NCBI GenBank assembly: GCA_013239625.1
Contig: MU054187.1
Span: 17,290,711 to 17,354,710, forward strand
Direction: 5' to 3'
DNA length: 64,000 bases
Source: Lama guanicoe
Taxonomy: Eukaryota
Positions 39,562 to 53,124 of this stretch are shown one piece after another (position 1 is the first letter of the stretch; each line of letters opens with the position of its first letter). The position numbers and the translations under genes are program-made. The notes under the pieces were generated by a model. The model did no database searches. It was given only the letters and a program-made list of their open reading frames with translations, and had not been told where the DNA came from.

Positions 39562-42500
39562 ACACTGGGTTAATACAGATAGAATGCCTTCTGTGCTCTA
39601 AAGCGAGATTGGAAGTGAGCTCATGGTGACAAAGCTCCCCCCCACCCGGTGAAGTTTCAGGATGTCACGAGGAAGAGGAGAGATGGCTGGACTCCATCTC
39701 TCTGGACACACTCAGGGGCTGAATGAATTTGAAATATGACCAAGTCTGAATGGAAGAGTGGTCAGAAAGCCAAAGGCGATGACTTCAGCTTGCAAAATGT
39801 TCAAACGATTTACTTCACGGGACAAAGGCAGAGTCCCCGTGCGCTAGGAAACTCTTCACTCTAGATTTGGACACGATTTGGTGAGGCTCTTTTCACAAGC
39901 TGTTGGAAGAGGGGAAGAGACACCATGTGAGATGCCAGCAGCGTTCAGTCAGGGAGTTCTGAAACCCAAACCCCTTTCCTGTCATCTTTGTCCCAGAAAC
40001 TCTGATTTGTTCACATTTTCCATCACTTTGGGAAGAAAGCTGAGGTAAGTAGCTTAATTGGTAGATGGATGGGCCAAACTTATTTAAAAATTCTCAGTAT
40101 GTTATCATGAATCATGTAGGCCTATTAAACTAATTGCTAAGTAAATTTAAGCAGCATTACAGTAGACTTCAGTAGAATTTATCATCCAACGGAAGAGATC
40201 TTTGGTGGTCTCATGCTGCCCCCCACAGATATGTCTCAGAACATTCATTATGCCGTAATTACAAAGTCTCTTTGAAGAGGCTAAAAATCCCTAGACACCT
40301 CTCATCAATTATTTTCACCTGTTAATTCATTTTGTGTGAGGTAATAACCTCGGCATAATAACAAATGTGCGAGGACTCCGATTTTGCAATTAAAAGCAGC
40401 AGGGCTTCTATTTTGATCATACAGACTGTGACATCCATCATAGAAAACAATTTGGGCCTAGCAGGATGACAGATGCTGTGCTGATGGCTCTACTAACTAA
40501 CTGCCTGTCCTAAGGAAAAAAAAAAAAAGGTCGGGCTTCAGCCTGCAGCTGCAAGCTATCTGATGGCTTCTGACCAGCCAGCAGGAGAAAGCCCGCAGTG
40601 ACTAAATTACTGAAAGGTAATTTTACTTCGCAAAATGAGGATTTCTGAGCCGTAAACGTATGCATTCCAGTGGCTGCTGTAATTTGGAAACAAATAGCCC
40701 TTTTCATTTGAAAATGACTGGAATGGCTGCCAGTGTTCAGGACGTTTTGTTTCTCAGGCTTTTACATGAAAAAAAAAATACAACATCATACACGGTATTT
40801 CTGCCCCTCTTTCACATCTTATTAGACACAGAAAGCCAGGTGGTTATCTCTGCTCTCTTAAGCTAAATCTACACAAGGGAAAATCCACTCCCCTACCACC
40901 ACAACCTCTGGACAGATGCTAAAAGAATAGAAGAGGGTCATATTTTGTCATTTACTTTGTATTGAGCCCAAGTGAGCTCTGTCTGAGTCAGATCCCACTC
41001 CCCCACCTCATCAGAAGGACGCCTCTACCTACCCTGACCCCACTACCAGGACGAAGCTGATTACCTGCACATGCAAAAAAAACAAAACCAAAACAAAGGA
41101 ATTAGATGCCAATCTATGCAGACCAGAGGATTCTGCCCTTATTTTTTAAATTGTAATATTTAAAAAGAGTTCATAAAACATAATGTGCCTTCTCTTTTCA
41201 TTTTAACAGTAAAGTATTTGGGATCTTACTCCAGCCTGCATTAGAAAAACTATTGTCTTTTTTGAAAATGTTCTATTTTACTACCCCCAATCTTGAAAAT
41301 CATACAAGTGTGCAGATAAGTTTTGGCTAACTGAAAACATAAATATTTTTCATGATTGCCTTCAGTAGGCAAAGATCTCAATAGAAATTGAGCAGCTTTG
41401 TTCATCTTTGTTTCTCTTGCAAAAATAAATTCAGGGACTAGATTATGGACTGTAGGCCACGGAGTACAATAAAAGCACATATGAAATGCAAACAAAAACC
41501 ATATTCTTGGAAACTGTTATGTTTTCAGGATTACGTGTTCAGATTTCTTCCATGTGAATCAGGATAACAAAGGATGAAGGAGAAACAAAAGGTTAAACAC
41601 GGTATGAACTTTCTCAGCTGCCGTGCACCTTAAGACAAGAAGACAGCCTCGCTGACGATATTAACAGGCGGATATGATATTAACATTTTACACTTTGCTC
41701 CCGCATCCCTTGCAGACAAACAAAGAAGAGCACTCGGTTTCTTGGGGAAAAAAAAAAAATCTACTGTCTCTTAGTCTATTGTACCAGACTCATAAACCCT
41801 GTCAGCAAGAAGGATGAATAGATGTCAGAAGCAGGCATGTGCTGCTGGAGGAACACAGAGCAGGAAGGGAAAGGCTCCTTTTTTCAACATTCCAATCAGG
41901 ATTCTTCCTAAATGTCTGAAGCTAATCCAGGGTTGGACATGCGTCTCCTTTGACTTTTAGTAGGGTGATCCTTCCACGTTCACAATTAACACATCCTTTA
42001 AACATGTGCAAAACACCTCTGCATCAGGGCAGAAGTCTCTGTGAGCAGCCTGGGAAGTTGTAAAACACGAAGTTCTTTTCATCAGGTTGTGCAATGAAAA
42101 AAATCAAATGGAAGAGACGCATTAGAACAACAAAATTGCAATTACCCATCCGAGATCTCCTTTAATGGGATGCCAGGGGTTCGTGGCCTTTATGCACACG
42201 CTCTGACTGTAACTAATGCTCAGTAGCCATCAACAAATTATGACTCGTGACACTTTTGCTGCCGCAGTATTAAGCCCAAAGTCCAATGGAGAAAATATAT
42301 GGTTTTTATTACAAAATTGTTCTTGTTTACAATTCTAATATCCTCTTCATTATCTACTTTTCCAGACATTTTAGGCAGTTCTGAAGACCTGGGGCAGCAC
42401 TAGCCTTGTCATAAAGAGAAATTAATGTTGTTAACGTTGGCCTCACTGCCCTCTGGAACAGCTGAAGATGTGGAAATATCAGGCTCTGTTTTTAAAATGA

Positions 42501-43259
42501 AAATGATTAAAGGCACAGACACCTTGCTCTTGGAGCAGCCACTAAAATTTTTAATAAAATACGTGGGCACATACACACAAAAGCTTCTTTTCTTCCCCCT
42601 TCAATAAGTCATCATCTTCTCTCCCTCTCTCTCTCAAATCCAACTTTGTTCTATAAAGAAACAGCTTGCTTTAAAGCCTAATAAGCGTAAAAATGACCTC
42701 ATTGTTATAAAGAACACATTTATTTCATTCAGCAGTAGCTCATTCAAGAAGGGCCAGGCACAGAAGAACCAGGAGAGCTCGCTCCCCATAGTCAGCCCGC
42801 TAATTAAGAGCACTCTTTAACAGGCAGTCTTTACGACAACTGACCAGCTTAATCTGGCCTCCTGAAAACACTTAAGAAGGGCCCAACAGTTGCCCCTGTT
42901 GGAGGTGGGCACCCCAGCTTGCATCTTCCAGGATTTCGAGAGGGGTTTTCATCAGGGGGAAGCCGGGAAGAAAAAGCAAGCCAGTAGAAGTTACTAGGAA
43001 TCCCTTTCAGACAGAGCCTACCAAGAGCATCTCTAACAAAATGGCTCATATATCCCAAGAAAAATGACAGGAAGTAACTCAAAGGAAAAGAGCATAACCT
43101 TTGCCCTCCGAGGGCCAAAGAATAGCAGTCAGGATATCACCTCTCTGATCCTCCCAACCTTCGTCATTTCATCAGGTTAAGTGAGTGCTCTCCACCCAGA
43201 GCTTGAGAGTGAAGTAACACCCCTGCTTGCCTAATATTTTATTTCTATTATTTTATTTC

Positions 43260-43360
43260 AAGAAGTCTTATTTCCACCATTTTCTTTTTTCTTCTTTTTT
43301 TCTTCCTTTCTCTCTTTCTTTTTTTTTTTCTTTTTCTTTTTCTTTTTCAATTTCTTTTTA
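43260..43360. repeat. Polypyrimidine (T/C-rich) low-complexity tract
   Basis: TTTCTTTTTTCTTCTTTTTTTCTTCCTTTCTCTCTTTCTTTTTTTTTTTC... Confidence 0.8.
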
Positions 43361-44164
43361 ATCTGTCCTACTCGCCAGCATTCAGGTCAGACAGAAATTT
43401 GTACTTACAGACATATGAGGGGATTAAAAGTTCTACCATAGCCCTAAATTGTTTTCATTGTTTCTCTGTCGGCTTGGTTGGTTATTCACGAGAGTTAATG
43501 TAGATTCCTTACAAATCTAGACTCACTAGAGGACAATGAAATGTCACAGAGGTCCAACATTTATATGCACGCTTCTCACGTTCAGAAAATATCATCAAAT
43601 ATCTGCTCTGTAAACAGACTTGGTAGACTCGAGTCCCTCCTTCTTATGTATTTGAGTAGAATCATATAGACGCCACGTGAAACCACAAATCGAGGCTAAT
43701 TCAACAGCATTTGGAGAATGGCACAACTTCATTTCACTAAACAGCCTGAATATCCAAAAGGCAGCTGCACGGTCTGTAACTCTCCTGCTCTGCTCTTTCT
43801 TCAGTCTGTGCCCATTCCCTCCCCTGAGTTTAGACTTTGTTTCCTCTCTTAATTCCTACTTCTGGGCCTCCCTTACAGGCAGGTGGAGAAAACATTTGCC
43901 CACACACAGTAATTCGAGGGGTGCCAGCCCCTGCAAACTGCTACAGCGGTCACCCCTTTTCCTCCTGGGGCCTGATACAAAGTGTCTGAAATTCCACAAT
44001 TAGATGTCCTGTCCTTTGGACTTTGAAGGTTTTCTAACCTTCAGGAGTCACCTAATTAAATTTTAATATCCTTAAGTATAAACACCTTAACCGAAACAGC
44101 TAATACTTTATTGGAGATTAGTTGGCAAATGGCTTTAAAGAAATCTAGCTTTGGGATAATCGTA

Positions 44165-44370
44165 GCAATAACATTAACATCATTGAGAGCCTGCTTTGCG
44201 CCAGTCGCTGCTTGGCCTTCTTTACGTGGTTAAACTTATTTAAGCACCATCACAGCTCTTTGTAAAAGAGAAAAATCTTTCACAGAGAAGGAAAGTCACA
44301 CAGCTGCTCAGGACTGAACCACAAATTACACCCACACATTCTGGCCCCCAATTTGACATTCTTAATGAGG
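44165..44370 (-). mobile_element. MIR SINE remnant
   Basis: AACATCATTGAGAGCCTGCTTTGCGCCAG...TTTCACAGAGAAGGAAAGTCACACAGCT resembles a reversed MIR. Confidence 0.6.
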
Positions 44371-44890
44371 CAATGGGACTCCACAATTAAACTCAAATCC
44401 ACAATCAAAAGGGGAAGACAGATGCCACTTGAAGGAAAGAGGACCTAAAGGCGATGCTCCAACATCATGCCTCTTTCCTCAACCTCTGCAGAAGGCTCGT
44501 AGCATGACCTCAGCATCTCCTGAACACTGACGGTAGAATAACAGTCACTGTCCATTCCTGGCACCAGACGTTTCTCCAGCAACTCCGATAATATTTTGCT
44601 TATTTGCCCCTCCTTTGCTGTAGCCTTTCCTGAGACGTTATGTATCTACTCTCATGAAGATGCCAACACTTGCTTGGAAGGGGAGCTGGCCAAAGATGAA
44701 AAACGCATCTATTGCTCAGTCTGTGGTTCCTCATATGCAATATTTGTCTCGTTAACCTCACGTTATAGTTCTGGTCTAAACTCTCGTATACACGTGCTTA
44801 ATTATGAGGGAAACTGCATAAACCAAAAGGTGGAAAGCAGTGCATATCCTTAGTGAATGCAGTGTTATCATTTTTCACATTGAATAACAG

Positions 44891-44914
44891 TATATATATA
44901 TATATATATATATA
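44891..44914. repeat. (TA)n microsatellite
   Basis: About 12 TA units. Confidence 0.92.
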
Positions 44915-45717
44915 GTCAGTTGAGCATCTTGGTCTTATTCTAAGAAATTACTTCTTATTGAATTTAATGGGTGTAAGTTCATGATTATCTGTAATCAGAA
45001 ATCAGCACCAGATATTATTAGTAAAACTTGTCAGCTCGCTGAATGATTCTAATATATGTGCATATGCAATTTTACTTTTTTATCAAATGAGTAAATTGCT
45101 ATGCATCTGAACGCTTAACAAATGTAGGTCAGAATCACAAGTGGGATGTTGTGTTTGGTAAAGCAAGAGCAATGGAGAAAGACATATGTGGATTAAAATC
45201 CTGGCACAGTTTCATACTAGATCCCTGACCATAAGAAAATGTTCTTTAATCTCCCTGAACTTCTATTTTCCCTTTTTTTCCCCTTTATTACTATGGTTAC
45301 CATGCTGTTTCTTGGATTCCCAAAGGGAAGTGGTACCCTTCAACCACCACCTTTCCATTTCCCTCATCCTCCGATCCCTGGAAACCACAACTCTACTGTC
45401 TACATAAGTTGGCTTCAGAGTCCACATGTATTTATTGATATATTTGGGTGCTTTTTCTTTTCATTGATTCTGCCTAGTACAGGTATTCACTTTAAATTTC
45501 CAATTTTATTTAATCTTTATCATAGATAAGTTTGTTTTCTATATTAAAGATCAGTGCTTTTTATGTTATTCTATTTTTGGGAAACCAAATAAGTATACAT
45601 TTTGTATACTTTCCTTTGCTTCCATATCACTCACCTTAACCATCTTATGTTTCTTTTGTTTTCCTCGGTATTAAAAGAGAGTTTTTAAACTTCACCCCTG
45701 CCCCACTATTTCAGATT

Positions 45718-47175
45718 TCTACCAGACTGATGAAGAAAAATAGAAAGGAGATACAAATCAGAAAAATGGGGAATGAAAATGGAGACTGACCTTACAGAAA
45801 TGATTATAAGGGAATACTATGAAATACTGTAGGCCAATACATTAGATAATTTTCCTTCCAAATGATGAAAAGAAAGAAACACTTCTCAGTTCATTCTATG
45901 AAGACAGTATCACCCTGAAAATATTAGCAAAGTCATCACAAGAAAAGTAGAGACTAATATTTTTTAAGGATATATATGCCAAAATCCTGAACAAAATACT
46001 ACCAAACTGAATCTAGCAATATATAGAAAGAATTATACACCATGACCAAGTGAGATTTATTTTAGGAGTACAAGGTGTATTTAATGTATGAAAATCAATC
46101 TATATATCACGTTAACAGAAAAAAGGGTAAAAACACAGATGATCAGTTCGTCTCGATAGATGGGCAAAGAATTTAAATAGAATCCAACATCCTTTCATGA
46201 AAAAAAATGAACAAACCAGAAATAGATGTGATTTCTTCAGCCTGATAGTGTCTTTGAAAAACCCACAACTAACACCATAGTTAGTGATGAAAACCCGAAA
46301 ACACTTCCCCTAAGATTAGGAACAAGACACAGATGTCTACATTCATTGTTTGCACATGACATTGTACTGGAGATTGTAGCCAGGACAATTAGGTAAGATA
46401 AAGAAATACAAGACACTCAGATTGAAAGTGAAGAAGTAAAGATATTTCTGTTTGCAAGTGGCATGATCTTGTAATATAGAAAATCAAAAGTAATCCAAAA
46501 AATACTAGTAGAATTAATAAACAAGTTGGGCAAGTTTGTAGCATACAAGATCAATTTAGAAGATACAGTTCTATTTCTATATACTAGAAATCAACCATCT
46601 ATAAATGAAATTGAGGAAACAATTCTATTTACAACAGCAACAAAAAATAAAATTCTTGCAAATAAAGGTGTCAAAATAAATATGACATGCACACTGAGAA
46701 GAACAAAACATCACTGAAATGAAGATGATCTAAGTACATGCAAAGGCATGCATAGATTGGAAGACTTAATATTATTAAGATGATAATAGTCCCCCAAAAG
46801 GTATCCAGATTCAACATAATCTCTATCAAAATTTCAATTGCCCTTTTTTTTTTTGGCAGAAATTGACAAGCTGGTCCTAAAATCCTGAGAGCCCCATAAT
46901 AGCCAAAACAGCCTCGCGGAAGAAGAGGATCGTTGAGGATTCTTTCTGATTTAGAGTCTTACTAAATAAAAAGTTACGGTAGTTAGTACTTGTGTGATAC
47001 AGGCATCGGAACAGAGACAGGGATCTACGGAATAGACTTGAGAGTCCAGATAGAAACTCAATCATCTTTCATCACTTGGTCTCCAACAAGGATGCCAAGA
47101 AAACATAATGAGGATGGAACAGTGTTTTCCGCAAATAGTATTGGGACAGCTGAATATCTACGTATAAAAGAAGAA
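45718..47175 (+). mobile_element. Old L1 ORF2 internal fragment (degenerate)
   Basis: L1 ORF2 hallmarks: TCATTCTATGAAGACAGTATCACCCTGA, AAAATCCTGAACAAAATACTA, ATACACCATGACCAAGTG, AAAACCCACAACTAAC, GATTGGAAGACTTAATATTATTAAGATG. Many stops and deletions. Confidence 0.9.
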
Positions 47176-48534
47176 AGCATAGACGATTGGTTCTTAGTTT
47201 TGATTAAGAGTACTTCTTTTCTCTTGCAGTGGAGTTTGTATCAGTGGCAAATTCTAAATCTGATTTTGCTTCCATAAGAAATGATTAACAGACTTCATCT
47301 CATGAAGAGAACATTCATAAGCAGAAATGAGAACCTTTTCATTCTCTCTCCATCACAGTGGTCCCACGGGAGGAGGAGACCTGCAGTGTACACTGTGAAA
47401 TGTATGCTCTGTCCTATGGCAGAGTTTCAGGGTGGCACTGGTAATGTGGCCAGCAAGTACACACCACCATCCTACATATGTATTTCTTTCTTAGACAGAA
47501 ATGACTACCTTGGCAAAATTTTGACTTCACCACCAAGTAACCATTCTTCCTTTCCTTTATAATTAACATAACTCTGATTTCCTCAGGCATCCAATAAAAA
47601 CATACATTTTTAAACCTGCTTTGCCGAAAGGCATGGTCATAAGTTTCAGTTCTGGCCAGTAAGATGTAAGTAAAACCCACCTTGAGAATTTTGCAACAAA
47701 TGTAGCTCTTTTACCCTTGTTCCTGACTCGAATGCAGAAATGAAGACCAGAGCTTCTGCATTCTTCTTGTGACCACAAAGCCACTATAAGGAAAAGGGTA
47801 AGGGAATCCTCAATCTTGTCCCTATGATCCACGAGCCCCTGAATCAGTATCAACAGGCAAACGATTTCCTTTTATGTGGGAAATATTAAACTCCAATTTC
47901 ATTATACTCTTAAACTGGGGCCTCCTTTACCTGCAGCTAATAGTAATTTCTGACTGATACACTTATAACTGAAATCTAACTGGTAAATGTCATTATTTCT
48001 GCTTTTCCATTACGTGTTGTTCTTTTTCCTAGGATTGCTTGAATTACTTTCCTATACAACCACACTTTTCTCAAATCCTGATATGAAATTTGTTTTCACA
48101 TTATTACAATGTAGCAACTTTATTTCTTAAATAAGAGGTAATGGGAAGATGTCATACTGTTTTATAAGAGAGATAAATTAATAAAGGGGAATTTCATAGC
48201 AGTGTTACTGAAATAAATTGTACTTATTGGCTTAGCACACAATCAAATGAAAAGTGAAATAAGCTCACTTTTTGATAGCGGAAGTAATATATCTGCATAA
48301 AAATACTCATAAATAATCAGAATACATAACATCAATATCACAGGGCCTCACTGATTGGACAAAAGTGCTATTTCTGCAGGAAGATAACACCATGGAATAA
48401 GAATTCAATTTCTGAAGCATCAGACTCAGTCCTTGTTACACTACTGTCTCGCTTTCTAAGGAGCTAAAATATTTAAATGGGTGTTGTCTCTACACGTGTT
48501 ACTTTGGAGCACCAACCAGTAGCCCTTTGCATCT

Positions 48535-49025
48535 CTTCATTCCACAAGTATTCATCAGGGACATGCTACCTGCTGTAGCTCGGAGCCTGGTATCAGAGGT
48601 CATTAAAACATGCCTGTCCCTGACCTCATCAGGATTACATTACAGGGTGGTAGGATAAATAAATAACAAAATTTATACAAAGTGCCATAAAGTAAAAACA
48701 AAAATGTTTCTGTTATAGAAAAAATTGGTGAGAGCCACTTCTTCATCTATAATGATCAGATAAAGCATCTCTGAGAAGGGGCATTTGAACAAGACTGGAA
48801 TGGTTAGAAGGATGAAAAGACAATGATACAATGAATTTGACCAGATCTGGGGAAGGGTGCATGTGGAGTATACTGAGGCAATACTTCCAAGAAGAAGAGA
48901 GAGAAAAGACAGTGCCTCTCTGAGTACAGTGAGGACTGATGGGAAATTCAGTAGTTAAGGCCCTTTCTTGGAAGATCTGACATGCCATGTTAAAGGTCAT
49001 TCTAACCAGGTGGGAGGCTATTTAT
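48535..49025 (-). mobile_element. L2 remnant
   Basis: TTCATTCCACAAGTATTCATCAGG...GTCCCTGACCTCATCAGGATTACATTACAG...ATCAGATAAAGCATCTCTGAGAAGGGGCATTTGAACAAGAC. Confidence 0.65.
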
Positions 49026-49026
49026 A

Positions 49027-49360
49027 TCAGTTGAGGATGATTTCTATTAAAAGTAATAGAAAAAAAAAACTTAGCTACCAATGGCTTAAATCATTTTTAC
49101 TTATGTCAGTAGAAATCTAGAGGGCCAGGCAAAATTCAGTGTCTCAAAGACATCATCAAGGGTCTAACTGTGTCCAGCCTCCCATTTGGCATCTTTGGAA
49201 ATTTGGCCTGTTTGTCTTCACATTTTTTGCCTCGTGGTCACAACAGATGTCCTCTCACTTGGATCCTAACAGGAAGGAAGGTGTCGAATCAAAAAGCCTC
49301 CTCTCTGACCTTTCTCTCTGGTAAATAACACACTCCTAGCACCTATACATCATTCCAATA
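49027..49360 (-). mobile_element. Old MaLR (MLT1J/K-like) LTR fragment
   Basis: ATCAGTTGAGGATG...AAGTAATAGAAAAAAAAAACTTAGCTACCAATGGCTTAAA...GCCTCGTGGTCACAACAGATG. Confidence 0.5.
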
Positions 49361-51071
49361 GTGAAATTCAGGTTTAGGTTAAGTTAGGGCCAGACACGAG
49401 AGCCAAGTATGTCTGCAGAGATGGTCAAAGTTTTTCACCCAAACTTCCCTTTGTGTGAACACAGAAGATTTTTAAGGATTAGGATAATTTTAGGAAGAAA
49501 TTACTAGCGAAGCTGCTAAAATCCAGGCGAAAAGATCAAAGATGTGATCGCAATAATTCCTCATTCTTTAGAAAGATTACTGGAATTCCCATAATGGTCT
49601 CCTGATCTTCTGCTAATAGAAATATAGTAGGAATCCTACTGAATTTTATCTTTGATATTTCTCTCCCATTCTTAATCTCAGTTCTATCCAGCTACCTTAT
49701 GTGCTACAATGAATCTTTTAAGTATTATGTACAGCCCTGAATATGAATTATGTGACTCAGAATACCGTCTGGACTTTGTTAAAATTCTTTGATGACTGAA
49801 GCCAAAACACTGCTCTGAGATTTTTAGGATCTCTAATAATACATTAGCACTTTATTTTTAACAAAATAGCAGGATGTGTTTGAAAACCAATAATGTACCT
49901 TAAGGTGTCACATTCATCAAACTCTGATTTCTCAAAAGTTTTGATTATTTTTTAATCTGTGAAAATCTGTGTGCATTAAAGAAATGGAATTTATTTGACT
50001 TGAATTTATTTTCCCATCTAATGGAGCATCCATATTAAAGTAACTTAAAATTATCAACTTTGTCTTCTTTGCTGAATGGAATAACAGCCTTAGTTTTTGA
50101 AAATTCAATTCCAGATATTGTCAAATAATGTCAAAACCACCACTTCCGCATTCTCCATGAGAATCCTCATCACTGGGATTTTAATTCCCAGGTGTGTTGA
50201 AGCATATCAAAAGAAGGCTTTCTTCCTCATCATTTTTCCCTTTGCTTTTAAAATATGCAAGGGTAGTCTGCACCTTATATTCCAGTATTCCCTGAATAAG
50301 TCAGAGTTGCATCTGGACTGATACTTGGAGTACATGATTTGGGGGCAGGTTTAGCCCTCATTCTTCAAATCATTGGCAATGACTCATATGATGTCATCAG
50401 CTGTCAAGAGAACTTGGTACAAATAGACCTTCCATCTGCAGGCATCTATCTGGCTTCATTTTAATTGCAGTGTCAACTAATTTGGAACATATTGCTGGGG
50501 AGTAATAGACATTTAAACTTTGACTCCACCATTCTAAAGGGTGCGCCCTTGGCCGAGCTGCACTGGCAAAGGAAGATGACAACTTAAAAGAAGTGATACA
50601 TGTGAGCTTGAGACAAACGTATTGTCCAAAGAGAAACAAGCATTTGCCATCAGGAACCAAATGTTTCTGTTAAGACTTTGTGAAGGGTGAAGGCAAAGGA
50701 GAGGAAAATTTTGATCTTCCTGTGGCTTTTGAGAAATATAATCTCAAGTGAGCCAACCTGGCTAAAGGACTCAGATGGGTGAATTGTCTCATGACTTTGA
50801 AATGCCAATAACGAGGTTTTGCCTATGGTTTAACGTCTGCCCAATTCCTCAACCTGAGAGCTCCCACCACATCTGAAAGAAAACATAAGAACAAACAATG
50901 CCCCATAACCCTGAAAAAGTAGGGTATTCTAAGAAAAATAAGGATGCAGGATAAAAAATGTTCATTTACTCTTGTGCTGGCTGGATTTGGGGTTGATTTC
51001 CATTAGCCTGGCTCTGATAGAATCCATGTGGAGGCGGGTGCTTAATAGATTTTGTTTGGTGATGGTGGTGC

Positions 51072-51122
51072 GGGGGCGGTTATTTTTGCAGCTGGCTTTG
51101 CGCTGAAGCCAAGAGTATAAAA
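51072..51122 (+). promoter_or_regulatory. Candidate core promoter: GC box, MEF2-like A/T box, E-box, TATA box
   Basis: GGGGGCGG (51072-51079), TTATTTTTGC (51080-51089), CAGCTG (51089-51094) and TATAAAA (51116-51122) in 51 bp with retained CpGs. Confidence 0.4.
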
Positions 51123-52859
51123 TCCTTTTAACTAGACTCCCAGCCCCCACAGGTGATAAACATAGGAGTCTGCCTCACCAGCACCAGCAACATGTAAAGC
51201 TCAGTTTCCTTCTGCAGGGAGATGAGAGGATCTTAACGCATGGCTCTGAGCGCTGCATTTCCTATTTCACGCTCAGTGCATACGACTTAGGTTAACTCTC
51301 TTCGTATGTCATGGATTCTTTAACAAGCCATGCTGCCCTTCCCGAGACACAACACTTCCCATTTTCCCCACACGTGCAGAGCTAATTGCCTTCAACCATA
51401 CTGAATGTTTAAATTCAGTAAACAAACTTGCTAATATTTAACTGGTTTTACCAAAATGATTAATGCCTGGTGTCTGTATGTAAATCCTGCTATACTCCAG
51501 TAGTTTCAGGCAATAGAATATCCATATTTGTCATTCCATTCTGAAAATCAAGATACAGTTGTCAGTGTATTACTTAACATGTATTGATGGCCCAGATATA
51601 AACTAGTGTCCTGTAATCTAAGACGAAATTCCGGGGCCCCAGTTTGAAGTACGCAAGGTGCTCTTCCTGCTAGGGATGCATCTGCCATGTACATCAACAG
51701 ATCTCTGTCTTTTTTAAGCCTCTAAGAAGCTAAGGGAATGTCTTTTATTGAGCAAAATTATAGAGGAGATATATTTCTCCCTATGTCACTAGGTGTTATA
51801 ATTGCAAAGTGACATATCTTGCTCTTGAAATGATCACCTCTGCACTTAATAGTTTATTAACAAGAGCATTTATTTTTATGAAGTTGCATTTAATAAGTAT
51901 AATTAACATATATAAATTTGATTTTAAAAATCAAGCCATGCAGCAAGATGTACAATAAGAAATATAAAATTCTAACTCCTCTTCTTTGACTCTGAGAATC
52001 ACCTCCTGGATTGTGAACATTTTCCTCCTGTATCTCCCAGACATTTTCAGGCACAGGAGAACAGCTTACACACACATATATTAAAACAGGATTTTATGCT
52101 CACAAGCACACACATGCATACATGCTGCTTTCAAAATATGAAAATTCTGCTACGGGAATTTGTGACATGTGTCTTTGTGCTCACAGGTAAAGGTATCTAT
52201 AGCCTAAATTTCTAAGAACTTACCCTAAAAGTTGAAATGATGAATTGGCAGGAGAATGATATATGGAAGATTTTAATTGCCAACAGATTATTTTCTTTAT
52301 ATTCCAACCTCATAATACACTGACTGTCCATCTAAACTTTGGAGTTCACTGACTCAGTTTGAATAAAAGAACAAAAAGAAATAATACTAGCTTGAGTGCA
52401 AAGACACAGAAGTACTTTTTTATTTTTTCAATTCCCATATTATCACAATTTAACTTCACTTTTCCCATAGACCACAAGGTTAAAATAAAGCATCATTTAT
52501 AACTACCTCATACCTTAACATGTTATTTCTCAGATAGCAGGCTTCATTCTTTCTTTCTTTATTTATTTAATTCAGCCTTTTTACTTTCTTGGCTATCAAT
52601 GGAGTAACATTTTTTTCAAGTCTGAGTTCTTTATATTTCTCTTTCCGGGGGTCTTATCTAAACAGTTACAAAGTGTTTGCATTCCCCAGTGATGTCCAGA
52701 GAATGATTTCATGACTAAATTACAACCTTTTTCTTTCCTGATTTTCCAGGAAGCAACAATGAGAACAGGTGGACTGTTCCTTGTATACATCATGCCTCGC
52801 ACCAGTCATATCAGGCCACAAGGTCTGGTACACTGGACCAGTTAATCAGCAAAGTTAGA

Positions 52860-53110
52860 GTAAGAATAAAAGAAGACATTATTTAGTCAAGGCTATTGTA
52901 ATAGAGGAGAGAGTTTACTGCAATCAGAGAGAAGGATTGAACTGAACTCTGCTGAAACAAGAGGCTGGAGGATAGTATTTAAACACGGGGATGAGCTAGT
53001 GGAAATGTCCCAGAGATTGCAGCAGGCAGGTCTGTCAGTGGCTACTAATTGTTGCCCGTGAAAGACTGGGAGACAGGACCCTACCTTTCTTGATGATTAT
53101 ACTTCAGCCC
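52860..53110 (-). mobile_element. ERV1 LTR fragment (MER31/MER67-like)
   Basis: Minus strand ...TTTCAGCAGAGTTCAGTTCAATCCTTCTCTCTGATTGCAGTAAACTCTCTCCTCTATTACAATAGCCTTGACTAAATAATGTCTTC resembles the R/U5 region of these LTRs. Confidence 0.55.
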
Positions 53111-53124
53111 TTTCAGAAATGGAG

